Virus record (IMG/VR): IMGVR_UViG_3300044701_000880
Location: 1 to 40,899 of that record
Reading direction: 5' to 3' (one strand)
DNA length: 40,899 bases
Source of the DNA: a virus
Taxonomy: Duplodnaviria > Caudoviricetes
The notes under the pieces are model-generated. The model was not told where the DNA came from and made no database searches. It saw only the letters and a list, made by a program, of their open reading frames with translations. This document shows, piece by piece, positions 1 through 7,805 of the stretch. The number at the start of each line of letters is the position of its first letter. Within the stretch, counting starts at the first letter, position 1. Position numbers and translations under genes: made by a program.

Positions 1-527
1 CTCAGCTACCTTCCTAGCGATGTCATGGTCTTGACTGAGTAACCAGTCGCCAGTAAAGCTAGGTGCACCCTTAGGTGTTCTTGGATACCAGATGTTTAGC
101 TTATCAAAGGCCTTGCCAAGGTCATCGGCTGACCAAGGTTCTAGCATAAAGCCAGCGGTGTCTCGTAATTCGCCAAGCATCCTTGCTTCGTCTTTTAGAT
201 ACTGATCATTGAGTTGTTCAGCACGGTCAACGTCAACACGGACCCCCTTAAACCGCATGTCAAGCATGATTGGCACTAGGTCTGATTCAAGGGTAAAGAT
301 ATCCCATAGGTCTTCTTGCTTCAAGATCTTTTCTTGGATAGCCCAAATCTTAAGTGGTAAGGCAGCATCAGCCTCGGCGTATGGACCTACAAATCTTGCA
401 GGTAATTTCCATAGACCACTCTTAGGATCAACACCAAAAGCGCTTGCAGCTTGACGCAGCAAGGTCTCATCTTTATCGATGCCAAGATACTTCTTAGCTA
501 ACGCAGACAAGGAATAACTTACTTGGT
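1..527. repeat. Terminal overlap, copy 1 (matches 40373-40899)
   Basis: Direct comparison: 1-126 and 401-527 are identical to the window end, with about 14 substitutions between 127 and 400. Indicates a circular assembly. Confidence 0.97.
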
Positions 528-921
528 TCTCATCAATCAATGGTTCAGCAATTTGAATATCCCAAATCGGACCGTTAACTTGAATGCCTTCAGCGCGTAA
601 CCATTCTAAATCATAGATTAGATTAGCCCCAACTTTCGGAGTTTCTGTCTTAAGGACATCCTCCAAGAATCGAAGTACACTAGCTTTAGGCAGATTATCG
701 CCACCTTCATGCGCAATCGGAAAGTAGCCACAGTAATCCTCAGTCGCGATAGAGACGCCCACAACGTAGCCATCATATCTCACCCCGCCCGGACCGCGCT
801 CCATCAGGAATGGATCTTTTGTCTCGCAGTCGAATGATATGATTTTTGCTGCCGCCAGATTGGGGAATTCCTTTGGGGGAGACCAATCCGATCTCGGCAT
901 AAACATGCTCAATTGGTCCAT
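1..921 (-). CDS. polA: DNA polymerase family A, N-terminal part (3'-5' exonuclease region); continues at the other end of the window
   Basis: Hand translation from ATG at 921: MDQLSMFMPRSDWSPPKEFPNLAAAKIISFDCETKDP... with ExoI-like DxE. In frame with ORF 39425-40882 through the overlap (about 622 aa total). Confidence 0.9.
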   Translation of the reverse strand, partial: MDQLSMFMPRSDWSPPKEFPNLAAAKIISFDCETKDPFLMERGPGGVRYDGYVVGVSIATEDYCGYFPIAHEGGDNLPKASVLRFLEDVLKTETPKVGANLIYDLEWLRAEGIQVNGPIWDIQIAEPLIDENQVSYSLSALAKKYLGIDKDETLLRQAASAFGVDPKSGLWKLPARFVGPYAEADAALPLKIWAIQEKILKQEDLWDIFTLESDLVPIMLDMRFKGVRVDVDRAEQLNDQYLKDEARMLGELRDTAGFMLEPWSADDLGKAFDKLNIWYPRTPKGAPSFTGDWLLSQDHDIARKVAE

Positions 922-1348
922 GATATATCCACTCACCTTTCCATAAATTTTTAGCTTCTAAATTGACGTACTCCTCTAAAAAGACAATACGTTTACAGCC
1001 AGTATTCATCAACAACTTCACACAGGTTACACAGGGACTGACGGTTATATACGCCGTTTGAATCTTACTGGTATCCTTACACTGCAGCAATGCGTTTTGC
1101 TCGGCGTGTATAGCTTCACACTTGTCCAGACCAGTTCCTGGTTCGTAACTCGCGCCAGCACAAGGATGATCGAGACAATGATCAGCCCCACGAGCAACGC
1201 CGTTATAACCAGTAGCAAGTACGTGCCGATTATCGTCCACGAGAATACAGCCAACGCGCCGCCTTCTACACGTCGCACGCAGCGAGACGAGTGCAGCCAT
1301 CGCCAAAAAGTACTCATCACGCTTAGGTCTCCAGTATTCCAGTTCCAT
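773..1348 (-). CDS. dCMP deaminase
   Basis: HAEQNA and SPCVTC zinc motifs, RATCxRRxVGC, TGYNG. ATG at 1348 has a GGGAG RBS (track start 1372 is TTG). Confidence 0.92.
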   Translation of the reverse strand: MELEYWRPKRDEYFLAMAALVSLRATCRRRRVGCILVDDNRHVLATGYNGVARGADHCLDHPCAGASYEPGTGLDKCEAIHAEQNALLQCKDTSKIQTAYITVSPCVTCVKLLMNTGCKRIVFLEEYVNLEAKNLWKGEWIYHGPIEHVYAEIGLVSPKGIPQSGGSKNHIIRLRDKRSIPDGARSGRGEI

Positions 1349-2075
1349 CAGCTTTCTCCCATAGCCATTCAATTAAGTCATCACCATGTTGAAACCATGG
1401 GATCGTTGGTATCTCAAGAATCTCGCATTGACCGCGGACAATTAACTCAGCTAGTGTCCACTGTTCCTCATACAAGTGCATGCTGCCTGCTTGTAAGATT
1501 AACGAACCAAGTTCTGGTTTATGCTTAAGATGACAGATCACGTACCTTGCTAGCATGCTAAAGTTAAAGACATCGTATGGCCAACCGAGCCACAGGTCTG
1601 AACTGCGCATGGTATCAACCACATGCAATAGACCGTCACGGATTAAAAATTGCACACTAACCGTACATGGAATGTCCTTGCTTTTAGCCGGATTAGGGCG
1701 CCAAATCGTAAGGACTGCTTGCCTTGTATCTGGATCATCATTCAAAGCAGCAATGACTGAGTGCATTTGATCGCGGATCATGGGCCCATACGCACCATTG
1801 AAAAAGTAACCATCATCACTAAAATTACTGATGGCTTTACTATAAGGGGCAATCGAGTTAACGCGATTATCGCCACTGAGAATCCATGCAGCTTCGGCTG
1901 CCATAAACTTATAACCTAACTTACGTTCCTTGACCGTTAATACTGGCCATTCCATTGGGATCGAAGTCTGATAACCAATTAGCTCTTTAATACGTTTACC
2001 TCGTGGTGAGGCGATTGTGCCTTGTGTTAAACAAGTTTCAATCGTTTGTAACCATTGACTGTTAGTGGATAGCAT
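1323..2075 (-). CDS. Thymidylate synthase homologue, probable dCMP hydroxymethylase/methylase
   Basis: DIPCT catalytic Cys137, MRSSD, SMHLYE. Asp168 lies at the position of ThyA Asn177. Confidence 0.85.
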   Translation of the reverse strand: MLSTNSQWLQTIETCLTQGTIASPRGKRIKELIGYQTSIPMEWPVLTVKERKLGYKFMAAEAAWILSGDNRVNSIAPYSKAISNFSDDGYFFNGAYGPMIRDQMHSVIAALNDDPDTRQAVLTIWRPNPAKSKDIPCTVSVQFLIRDGLLHVVDTMRSSDLWLGWPYDVFNFSMLARYVICHLKHKPELGSLILQAGSMHLYEEQWTLAELIVRGQCEILEIPTIPWFQHGDDLIEWLWEKADGTGILET

Positions 2076-3063
2076 GACGTAATACCTCTCTCATCTTATC
2101 AACGTGCCCTTCAAATCGACGCATGTATGAGGGGTGTTTGATGTGTTCAAAAATAGTCCAGCCCTGGCTCACTACGTGATCTAGTGATTTTTTACCTGCG
2201 CAAATAACCTTTAAATGATTGTGCTGCCACAAAAGACTATTGACAAGCTCATTCGGTGAGCCATCGGCATGGTAAGCATTGGCCCACATAAACAACTCTT
2301 CGCTGGCAGGAACCCGATGTAAAGCTTCGGACAGGTACAAGCTTGAATGTCCGTAGTCATAGAATGGCCAAGCCATGTTCCTAAACTTAGGGTTGACTTG
2401 ATCACCAACGAATAGATACTTTGCCGTGGCTAAATGACCAAGCATGTTTGGATTATTAGGATCAAGTGCTGGTTGGAACTGAGCAGCACGCCAGCTTTTA
2501 GCTCGCTCAACTGCCCATTCGGTAAACATGCCAAGACGATCACCCCAGGTTTCAATGGTATAGGGTAGATGATCTTGCCGATGGTACAAACCACCGCTGC
2601 GAGTCAGATAGTCAGTGTAGTTCTCGTCATCTTTGTGGTCTTTGTTGCCAAAGAATAGATCACGGTAACGCTTAGCTACGCCAGTTGTGTCGTCGTACAT
2701 CTCATCACGAAGTTCTTTTAATTCGCTAAACTTCTTGTTGTAGTCGACAAGATCAGCTGGCAAACAATAGATGTACATGGCAGCGTGTTTACGCGCAATG
2801 CGATCCATCATGCGTCCCATCATGGGCCATTGACTACCACCACGATATTCAGCGGCATACAGAGCTTCAGAAGGCCACCATCTGTCGATGATCACATCTT
2901 TCTTTTGCCTGATTGCCCACCGTATGGCTGCCGTATGATACAAGAACATCTGGTCTGGCCAGCGATAACTAAGGTGTAGGTACTTAGCATCTAACGTCTT
3001 GGCCATAAATTGACCTAACGTTGTCTTGCCTACCCCATCAGGACCTTCAAGAATAAAGATCAT
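2062..3063 (-). CDS. P-loop nucleotide monophosphate kinase fused to C-terminal uracil-DNA-glycosylase-like domain
   Basis: ILEGPDGVGKTT Walker A and IIDRW (TMK-like). C-terminal LFVGDQ...WANA...VICAGK...HPSY pattern. Confidence 0.75.
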   Translation of the reverse strand: MIFILEGPDGVGKTTLGQFMAKTLDAKYLHLSYRWPDQMFLYHTAAIRWAIRQKKDVIIDRWWPSEALYAAEYRGGSQWPMMGRMMDRIARKHAAMYIYCLPADLVDYNKKFSELKELRDEMYDDTTGVAKRYRDLFFGNKDHKDDENYTDYLTRSGGLYHRQDHLPYTIETWGDRLGMFTEWAVERAKSWRAAQFQPALDPNNPNMLGHLATAKYLFVGDQVNPKFRNMAWPFYDYGHSSLYLSEALHRVPASEELFMWANAYHADGSPNELVNSLLWQHNHLKVICAGKKSLDHVVSQGWTIFEHIKHPSYMRRFEGHVDKMREVLRHAIH

Positions 3064-3425
3064 TGAGCTTCTCCGACGAGGTCACCATGGTAGGGAGGTT
3101 CCCAGCCTTCTGGCTTGATGACGTCGTATTCACCACTACGTTGAGAAGGACCACGCACCTTGGCCATGTTTGCAGCATGGACACGGCGCCAAGCTTCGTC
3201 AAAATCAAAGCCGTGCAAATAAGCAGTGCCCATGGCTACATAGACCAGATCAACAAGTGCATCTAGTTCATCAGCTCGTTTACTGGCTAAGATGTATTCG
3301 TCAGTCTCTTCAATCAGAAAGTTAGTTCTAAAGCTCGCCAGGTCTTGTGGTAACGACCTTGGCGGGCCGTCATAGACAAGACCAAACTTCTCGTGAAAGT
3401 CCTTTATGTCTTGCCATTGACTCAT
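3060..3425 (-). CDS. MazG-like/all-alpha NTP pyrophosphohydrolase (dUTPase/dCTPase-like)
   Basis: FHEKFG, IEETDEY, DALVDLVY, VHAANMAK, KPEGW. ATG 3425 with AAGGAG RBS and ATGA overlap. Confidence 0.85.
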   Translation of the reverse strand: MSQWQDIKDFHEKFGLVYDGPPRSLPQDLASFRTNFLIEETDEYILASKRADELDALVDLVYVAMGTAYLHGFDFDEAWRRVHAANMAKVRGPSQRSGEYDVIKPEGWEPPYHGDLVGEAQ

Positions 3426-4261
3426 ACCATTAACTCCTTCCATTGCTCGCTACTGCCCCAACGACCTTCAACGTCGCGAAGATCAGCAAATTTACGATTG
3501 CCACCTGGATTCCACTTTAGTTGCCATAAGCAATTGCGTGAATATTGTGGATACAAGGGCGCGAAGATGGTAGCAAGGTAGTTGCTATCGTAGTAGTCGC
3601 GCATCGCATCAAAGACCTCCTTGTGGGCAGCTGGTAGTTCGTCTTTGTAATCACGCATCGAGGCAAACGTGCCCCAGTGACCTTCAACACGCCAACCAAT
3701 ATCCTCAAGAAGGGCACCAAATGCAGCATAGGTCATCTCATTGACGTGGTTTGCAGCAGCACCTACATCAGGATCCCAACATGGGGTTGATAAGAACAAC
3801 GTGCCTTCTGGTTCTAACAGGGTGCCAAAGTTAGCCAATAGACGACGACAGTGTTCTGGCTCGATGTGCTCGGCAACCTCAAAACAGACGATCGTATTTG
3901 GTTGCTCCTGAAGTTCTTCAACCTTTAGGATTGCAGCATCACATTCAGATAACAATTGACTAGGTTTCCATGTGCTCTTTGCAAACTGGGCTGGCATCTC
4001 TAACTTAGAGATATCAGCTGCAGCATAAAAAGCAGGTCCTAACCTAGATGAATGCATCAACTTGGCCAACGGCATTTCCTTACCGCAGCCAACGTCTAGA
4101 ATCCTAGCCGTCTTGTAACGACCACCTTGATGTAACCACTTGACGACGTGCGTCCATCTGAGACAATGGGCAATATAATCGCGGTGTAAAAACCCACGAT
4201 CCTCAGCATTGTCAATGCTTAAAAAGGTCTTATCGACCGCCTTACCTCGTTCATTTGCCAT
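3422..4261 (-). CDS. Class I SAM-dependent methyltransferase (small-molecule/nucleotide type)
   Basis: ILDVGCG motif I, CFEVAEHI, LEPEGTLFLSTP. Confidence 0.85.
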   Translation of the reverse strand: MANERGKAVDKTFLSIDNAEDRGFLHRDYIAHCLRWTHVVKWLHQGGRYKTARILDVGCGKEMPLAKLMHSSRLGPAFYAAADISKLEMPAQFAKSTWKPSQLLSECDAAILKVEELQEQPNTIVCFEVAEHIEPEHCRRLLANFGTLLEPEGTLFLSTPCWDPDVGAAANHVNEMTYAAFGALLEDIGWRVEGHWGTFASMRDYKDELPAAHKEVFDAMRDYYDSNYLATIFAPLYPQYSRNCLWQLKWNPGGNRKFADLRDVEGRWGSSEQWKELMV

Positions 4262-4323
4262 ACAATTTCCTTTCTAGGTTGGTCGGGTTCTTTATAGTCG
4301 ACCCCGTAACGACCCGGTAGAGA

Positions 4324-4551
4324 TTACCTAAGCATCGATTTTATAGCCTCGATGCCACTACTTTTAATTAAACTGCCCTGATAATAGCTCAACAAGCGTT
4401 GTGGCTTCTGACGACTCTTGAGGCGAGCTCCAATAAGCGTCAGCAGTTCTGTCTTGCTAATCTCGCCAGCTTCCTCAATGATCGCCAGAATAGCCCTTGC
4501 TTGCTTTGCCAGTTGTACATCAGGTGTCTGAATAAAGCGGTAAGTAACCAT
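4324..4551 (-). CDS. Small basic protein, possible winged-helix; paralogue of 5793-6047
   Basis: AAAGGAG RBS; shares QAR..L / Q.P.R...YY...LI pattern. Confidence 0.7.
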   Translation of the reverse strand: MVTYRFIQTPDVQLAKQARAILAIIEEAGEISKTELLTLIGARLKSRQKPQRLLSYYQGSLIKSSGIEAIKSMLR

Positions 4552-4567
4552 TCTGGTGCTCCTTTAG

Positions 4568-5512
4568 TTAAGCTGCCTGCGCGTATTCGACAGCAAGATC
4601 TAAGGCCTTCCGCTTGAGAGCGGCACGCGGGCCAAACCACGCGGACTGCAAGGAAGCATCGCGGTCACGACCTGCCTTGTGGTCTACGTAATACGTTACA
4701 GCATTTAATGCGGACCACCAAGTACCTTCACTCATCTTAGCACCTGGTTGGGTATGAATGCAATTATACACTTCATCCGCAGTCTTTGCCCACAAGCTCC
4801 GATCTTCGTGCTCGGCAATTAATGCCGGCTGGAAGAGTTGGGTAATGTACTTAGAGACTTGCTTCTCGTCATACGCTACGCGTGCCAGAAGCTCGCTAGT
4901 GACCTTAAAAGCGTCGAGTTGACCAGATGCCAAGCCAAGTGCTTGCGATGCCCTCTGGGCCACATCCTGATCAAAGATCCGAACGTGAGGCATGGTAAAG
5001 CGGTTTGACCGTTGGCCAAGTGCCATGGTGAGCGTATTGTTGCAAACCACACGGATTGGTGTGAACATGATGGTCATGCTCTTGCCCCAGATGTGAGGTT
5101 GACTAAACAGTAAATAACCGTTGACTTCGTCGCCATCAGGCAAACAGAAACCCTTATTGATCGCAGCGAGACCCCATACCTGACGGCCGTCGTCTAACGA
5201 ACCGGCAGTCTCCATCTTCATCGCCCCTGCCTTGACGAACTTGTCAAAGAACGAGAAAACCTCGGCGTTCTGAATGGGAACGTAGTTCTTGCCACAAGGA
5301 CCTAGGATCTTGTTATCAGAATCACGGACAAGCAAGGCCCAATCGTTAGTCTTGAGACCACACTCGGTCACGATCTTACGACGACTGACCGTCCAATCAA
5401 GGTCGGCTGCAATCATCATCTGCTCAGGTGTTAATGAATCACTGACCTTGGTGCCTAGACCATGCCAGGGTACTTCGTTGGCGTATGCCATTGTTTCAAC
5501 CATATGTGCCAT
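4568..5512 (-). CDS. DUF932/DUF945-family phage/plasmid protein
   Basis: PWHGLG, ETAGSL, TPIRVVCNNTL, GTWWSALNAVT motifs; strong RBS. Confidence 0.85.
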   Translation of the reverse strand: MAHMVETMAYANEVPWHGLGTKVSDSLTPEQMMIAADLDWTVSRRKIVTECGLKTNDWALLVRDSDNKILGPCGKNYVPIQNAEVFSFFDKFVKAGAMKMETAGSLDDGRQVWGLAAINKGFCLPDGDEVNGYLLFSQPHIWGKSMTIMFTPIRVVCNNTLTMALGQRSNRFTMPHVRIFDQDVAQRASQALGLASGQLDAFKVTSELLARVAYDEKQVSKYITQLFQPALIAEHEDRSLWAKTADEVYNCIHTQPGAKMSEGTWWSALNAVTYYVDHKAGRDRDASLQSAWFGPRAALKRKALDLAVEYAQAA

Positions 5513-5646
5513 ATTTATTCTCCTTTATGAATGTGCCACAGTTAGATTATACACGGAATAACATCGATCTTACGACAAAAACAACTAACATTAATACTAG
5601 TACAACGATGGGGATGAGGATCATCAACCCCAATGCTTCGTAATCT

Positions 5647-5796
5647 TTAAGGTTTCGCATACTTTGGATCCTTTGCTGAATAACCGGTATGCATCTCAAA
5701 ACACTCGTCGTCTAACGCACATCCGATCCACATACCAAGGTAGATGGTGATTAAGACGAGGACGGTGGCTAGAAAGCCAAGAATAAATTTGATCAT
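5647..5796 (-). CDS. Small membrane protein (49 aa)
   Basis: MIKFILGFLATVLVLITIYLGMWIGC hydrophobic segment; GGAG RBS; ATGA overlap with upstream gene. Confidence 0.65.
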   Translation of the reverse strand: MIKFILGFLATVLVLITIYLGMWIGCALDDECFEMHTGYSAKDPKYAKP

Positions 5797-6047
5797 TTGT
5801 TCTCCACCTTCAAAGCACCGCCGTGAATGAGACGAGACCGGTAATAACAGAAGACGCGCCACGGATCTTGGGTCGTGTACAAAACATCGTCTGGTGCTTG
5901 ATAAAATAAGTTCATCAATTGTTCTTCCGTGTACCGTTGCCCGTTTGTAACTAGGGAAAGCAATTGCCTCGCCTGTGGTGGGAACTTGCACATGGACGCT
6001 TGGAAGGTATACTTCCGATTCTTGTATTGGCCAGCAGGTCTACTCAT
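5793..6047 (-). CDS. Small protein, paralogue of 4324-4551
   Basis: PPQARQLL...LYTTQDPWRVFCYYRSRLIHGG; coupled to neighbours. Confidence 0.7.
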   Translation of the reverse strand: MSRPAGQYKNRKYTFQASMCKFPPQARQLLSLVTNGQRYTEEQLMNLFYQAPDDVLYTTQDPWRVFCYYRSRLIHGGALKVENK

Positions 6048-6240
6048 CTAATAATCCCCAAAAGTTGATTTGCGATGGTTGTGCGTTGTAATCCTCAACG
6101 AGGAAAACAGCACTATTTAACGACGGGTGGACAACACCACGAATATGCGAGACGAACGGTCTGGCAGGATTCATGGCGATCTTCACCTCGGACTGAGGAT
6201 CGTGGTCCTCTAATATTTCAATTAATTCTTCGATTTTCAT
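6040..6240 (-). CDS. Hypothetical early protein (66 aa)
   Basis: MKIEELIEILEDHDPQSEV start preceded by TAAAGGAGAA. Confidence 0.7.
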   Translation of the reverse strand: MKIEELIEILEDHDPQSEVKIAMNPARPFVSHIRGVVHPSLNSAVFLVEDYNAQPSQINFWGLLDE

Positions 6241-6348
6241 ACTTTCTCCTTTATAAACTGCGAATTTACATTGTACCACGGACTTCGGCATATTGGCGCA
6301 TTTTGTTAATAACTTTTGCGGACGATATATATACATGGATTCAAGGAC

Positions 6349-6425
6349 TTATTGGCATATCATATTGATTGGCAAAAGGGACATAAAATGCATTGCAATT
6401 TTTATTTTTTCTCTATACTAATACG
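6349..6425 (+). repeat. 77-bp inverted repeat element, copy A
   Basis: TTATTGGCATATCATATTGATTGGCA-N38-CTATACTAATACG; inverted counterpart at 8056-8132. Confidence 0.8.
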
Positions 6426-6854
6426 GTCAACACGTCTTGCAGATTCCATGGTTCGTTTGACTCGATTGACCGCCTTGATGTCGTATCCACCAATGTGCCA
6501 ATGGTATCCACCGAACGGAGTCTCTCCCGTCTTCCAGTCGTAAATACTTGCCACTGTTCCATCGGCAAACTTTAATCTCCAACAACACGTGACTTTATCT
6601 CCCTGTAAATCGTTTGGTCCATCATCGGGAGGTCCGAATACATCGCATAATTCCTGGTAAGTTGACAGAACTTGACCTTTATACGACGTCATATTGATAT
6701 CCGCATCCGAAGTAAACGGCATGGGATTCCGTAAAATAAACTCTTGACAACAATTAAGAAGGATCTCAATTGCCTGGTCTTCTGGCATTTTTCCTCCATC
6801 TAATTGTTCGTAAACATCATTGACAGATTGGTGTAAATCTTCTATTTGGTACAT
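6402..6854 (-). CDS. Hypothetical early phage protein
   Basis: Strong RBS; FGPP...DKV..W...ASIYDWK...WHIGG pattern typical of small phage proteins. Confidence 0.75.
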   Translation of the reverse strand: MYQIEDLHQSVNDVYEQLDGGKMPEDQAIEILLNCCQEFILRNPMPFTSDADINMTSYKGQVLSTYQELCDVFGPPDDGPNDLQGDKVTCCWRLKFADGTVASIYDWKTGETPFGGYHWHIGGYDIKAVNRVKRTMESARRVDRISIEKK

Positions 6855-6855
6855 A

Positions 6856-7092
6856 TTAATTCTCCTTTATGTTTAACGTTTTGATCCAATTCTGAAGTAA
6901 CTTAGTGCGGAATTTCTCAACGAATTCCATAGAATCTTCATCGTCTAAATTGTTAAAAATATCCGTTACTCCTTGATTCCACTGTAAGAAGTCGTCAAGT
7001 TCAGAATCCATTGATTCATTGAATTCCTCTTGATTATCTTTTACTAATTTGTCGAACCATTCAAGGTTGACTTCTTGCCACACTTTACTCAT
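6856..7092 (-). CDS. Acidic hypothetical early protein
   Basis: TAAAGGAGAA RBS; D/E-rich. Confidence 0.7.
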   Translation of the reverse strand: MSKVWQEVNLEWFDKLVKDNQEEFNESMDSELDDFLQWNQGVTDIFNNLDDEDSMEFVEKFRTKLLQNWIKTLNIKEN

Positions 7093-7123
7093 ACAATTCT
7101 CCTTTATTAGTCCCGCAAATCCT

Positions 7124-7132
7124 ATTCTACCA
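7124..7132 (-). promoter_or_regulatory. Extended -10 promoter (TGnTAGAAT)
   Basis: TGGTAGAAT about 30 nt upstream of the 7092 start, just downstream of a terminator. Confidence 0.5.
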
Positions 7133-7168
7133 CAAAAATCTAACTTTGTTCGATTAAATTTTTAAATT

Positions 7169-7209
7169 AAAAAAGGAAAGTCAATCAACTTTGTTGATCA
7201 ACCTTCCTT
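7169..7209 (-). terminator. Rho-independent terminator
   Basis: Minus strand AGGAAGGTTGATCAAC-AAA-GTTGATTGACTTTCCT followed by a T run, right after the 7214 stop. Confidence 0.7.
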
Positions 7210-7213
7210 CCTC

Positions 7214-7438
7214 TTAAATCACCCAATTGTACAATTCAATCAGTAAATCCGCAATTTCTGAATTTTTCATATTGTCGTATTCTGACAAGTCGATCCAAAG
7301 TGGATCATTACTCATAACTTTTAATCCTTGATAAATTCGTTCATTTATCGGAATTCCCAACATTTCCAGTTGTTTTAGTTCATTGAATATCTCTCTTCTT
7401 AAAATTTGATCTTGTAAATTCTCGGAAAAATCACTCAT
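7214..7438 (-). CDS. Hypothetical early protein
   Basis: ATG 7438 with GAGGAGG RBS, overlapping the upstream stop. Confidence 0.7.
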   Translation of the reverse strand: MSDFSENLQDQILRREIFNELKQLEMLGIPINERIYQGLKVMSNDPLWIDLSEYDNMKNSEIADLLIELYNWVI

Positions 7439-7640
7439 CGTAATCCTCCTCAAACGCGACAATTTCGCCAAAATTCTTCAGAAAAACTTTCTTCAGATTT
7501 TCGTAATCTCCACTTCTCATTTCTGTAATTATCGTTTCGATTCTGTCTTTCTCAAATCCTAAACCTTTACCTAACTTTGTTGCGGTTCCCATAAGTGCGA
7601 ATGCGTTACCTTGTGGACCGTTTAGATCAATGTAATACAT
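7431..7640 (-). CDS. Conserved small phage protein (first leftward gene)
   Basis: IDLNGPQGNAFALMG...SGDYENL pattern; TAAAGGAGAA RBS. Confidence 0.8.
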   Translation of the reverse strand: MYYIDLNGPQGNAFALMGTATKLGKGLGFEKDRIETIITEMRSGDYENLKKVFLKNFGEIVAFEEDYDE

Positions 7641-7670
7641 AAAATTCTCCTTTATTATTTAGTAAGTTTG

Positions 7671-7690
7671 TGTCAATAAACTTATTGACA
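7671..7690. promoter_or_regulatory. Perfect 9-bp-arm palindrome, putative operator
   Basis: TGTCAATAA-AC-TTATTGACA, 30 bp upstream of the first early gene. Confidence 0.55.
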
Positions 7691-7805
7691 TTTGTCCTAC
7701 ATTTATAATATACGAATTATATCCGCAAATTTAAACTAGGACTTGTACCAGTTTGCGTGAATTCCTTTCTTCTTTCTCACTTGAATAAATATCACAATTA
7801 TTCAT

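Noticed and set aside
209-454. Duplicated 81-aa + strand ORF (also 40581-40826) and other antisense ORFs in the track
   Set aside because: Shadow frames of real genes with no RBS or motifs; the substitutions are synonymous in the Pol frame.
3422-4261. Classical restriction-modification DNA methyltransferase
   Set aside because: No DPPY/NPPY/SPPY motif; the TPC is in the STP strand context, not a C5-MTase PCQ/ENV arrangement.
7685-7709. Consensus sigma70 promoter TTGACA...TATAAT
   Set aside because: Spacer is 13 nt and it points away from the adjacent early gene.
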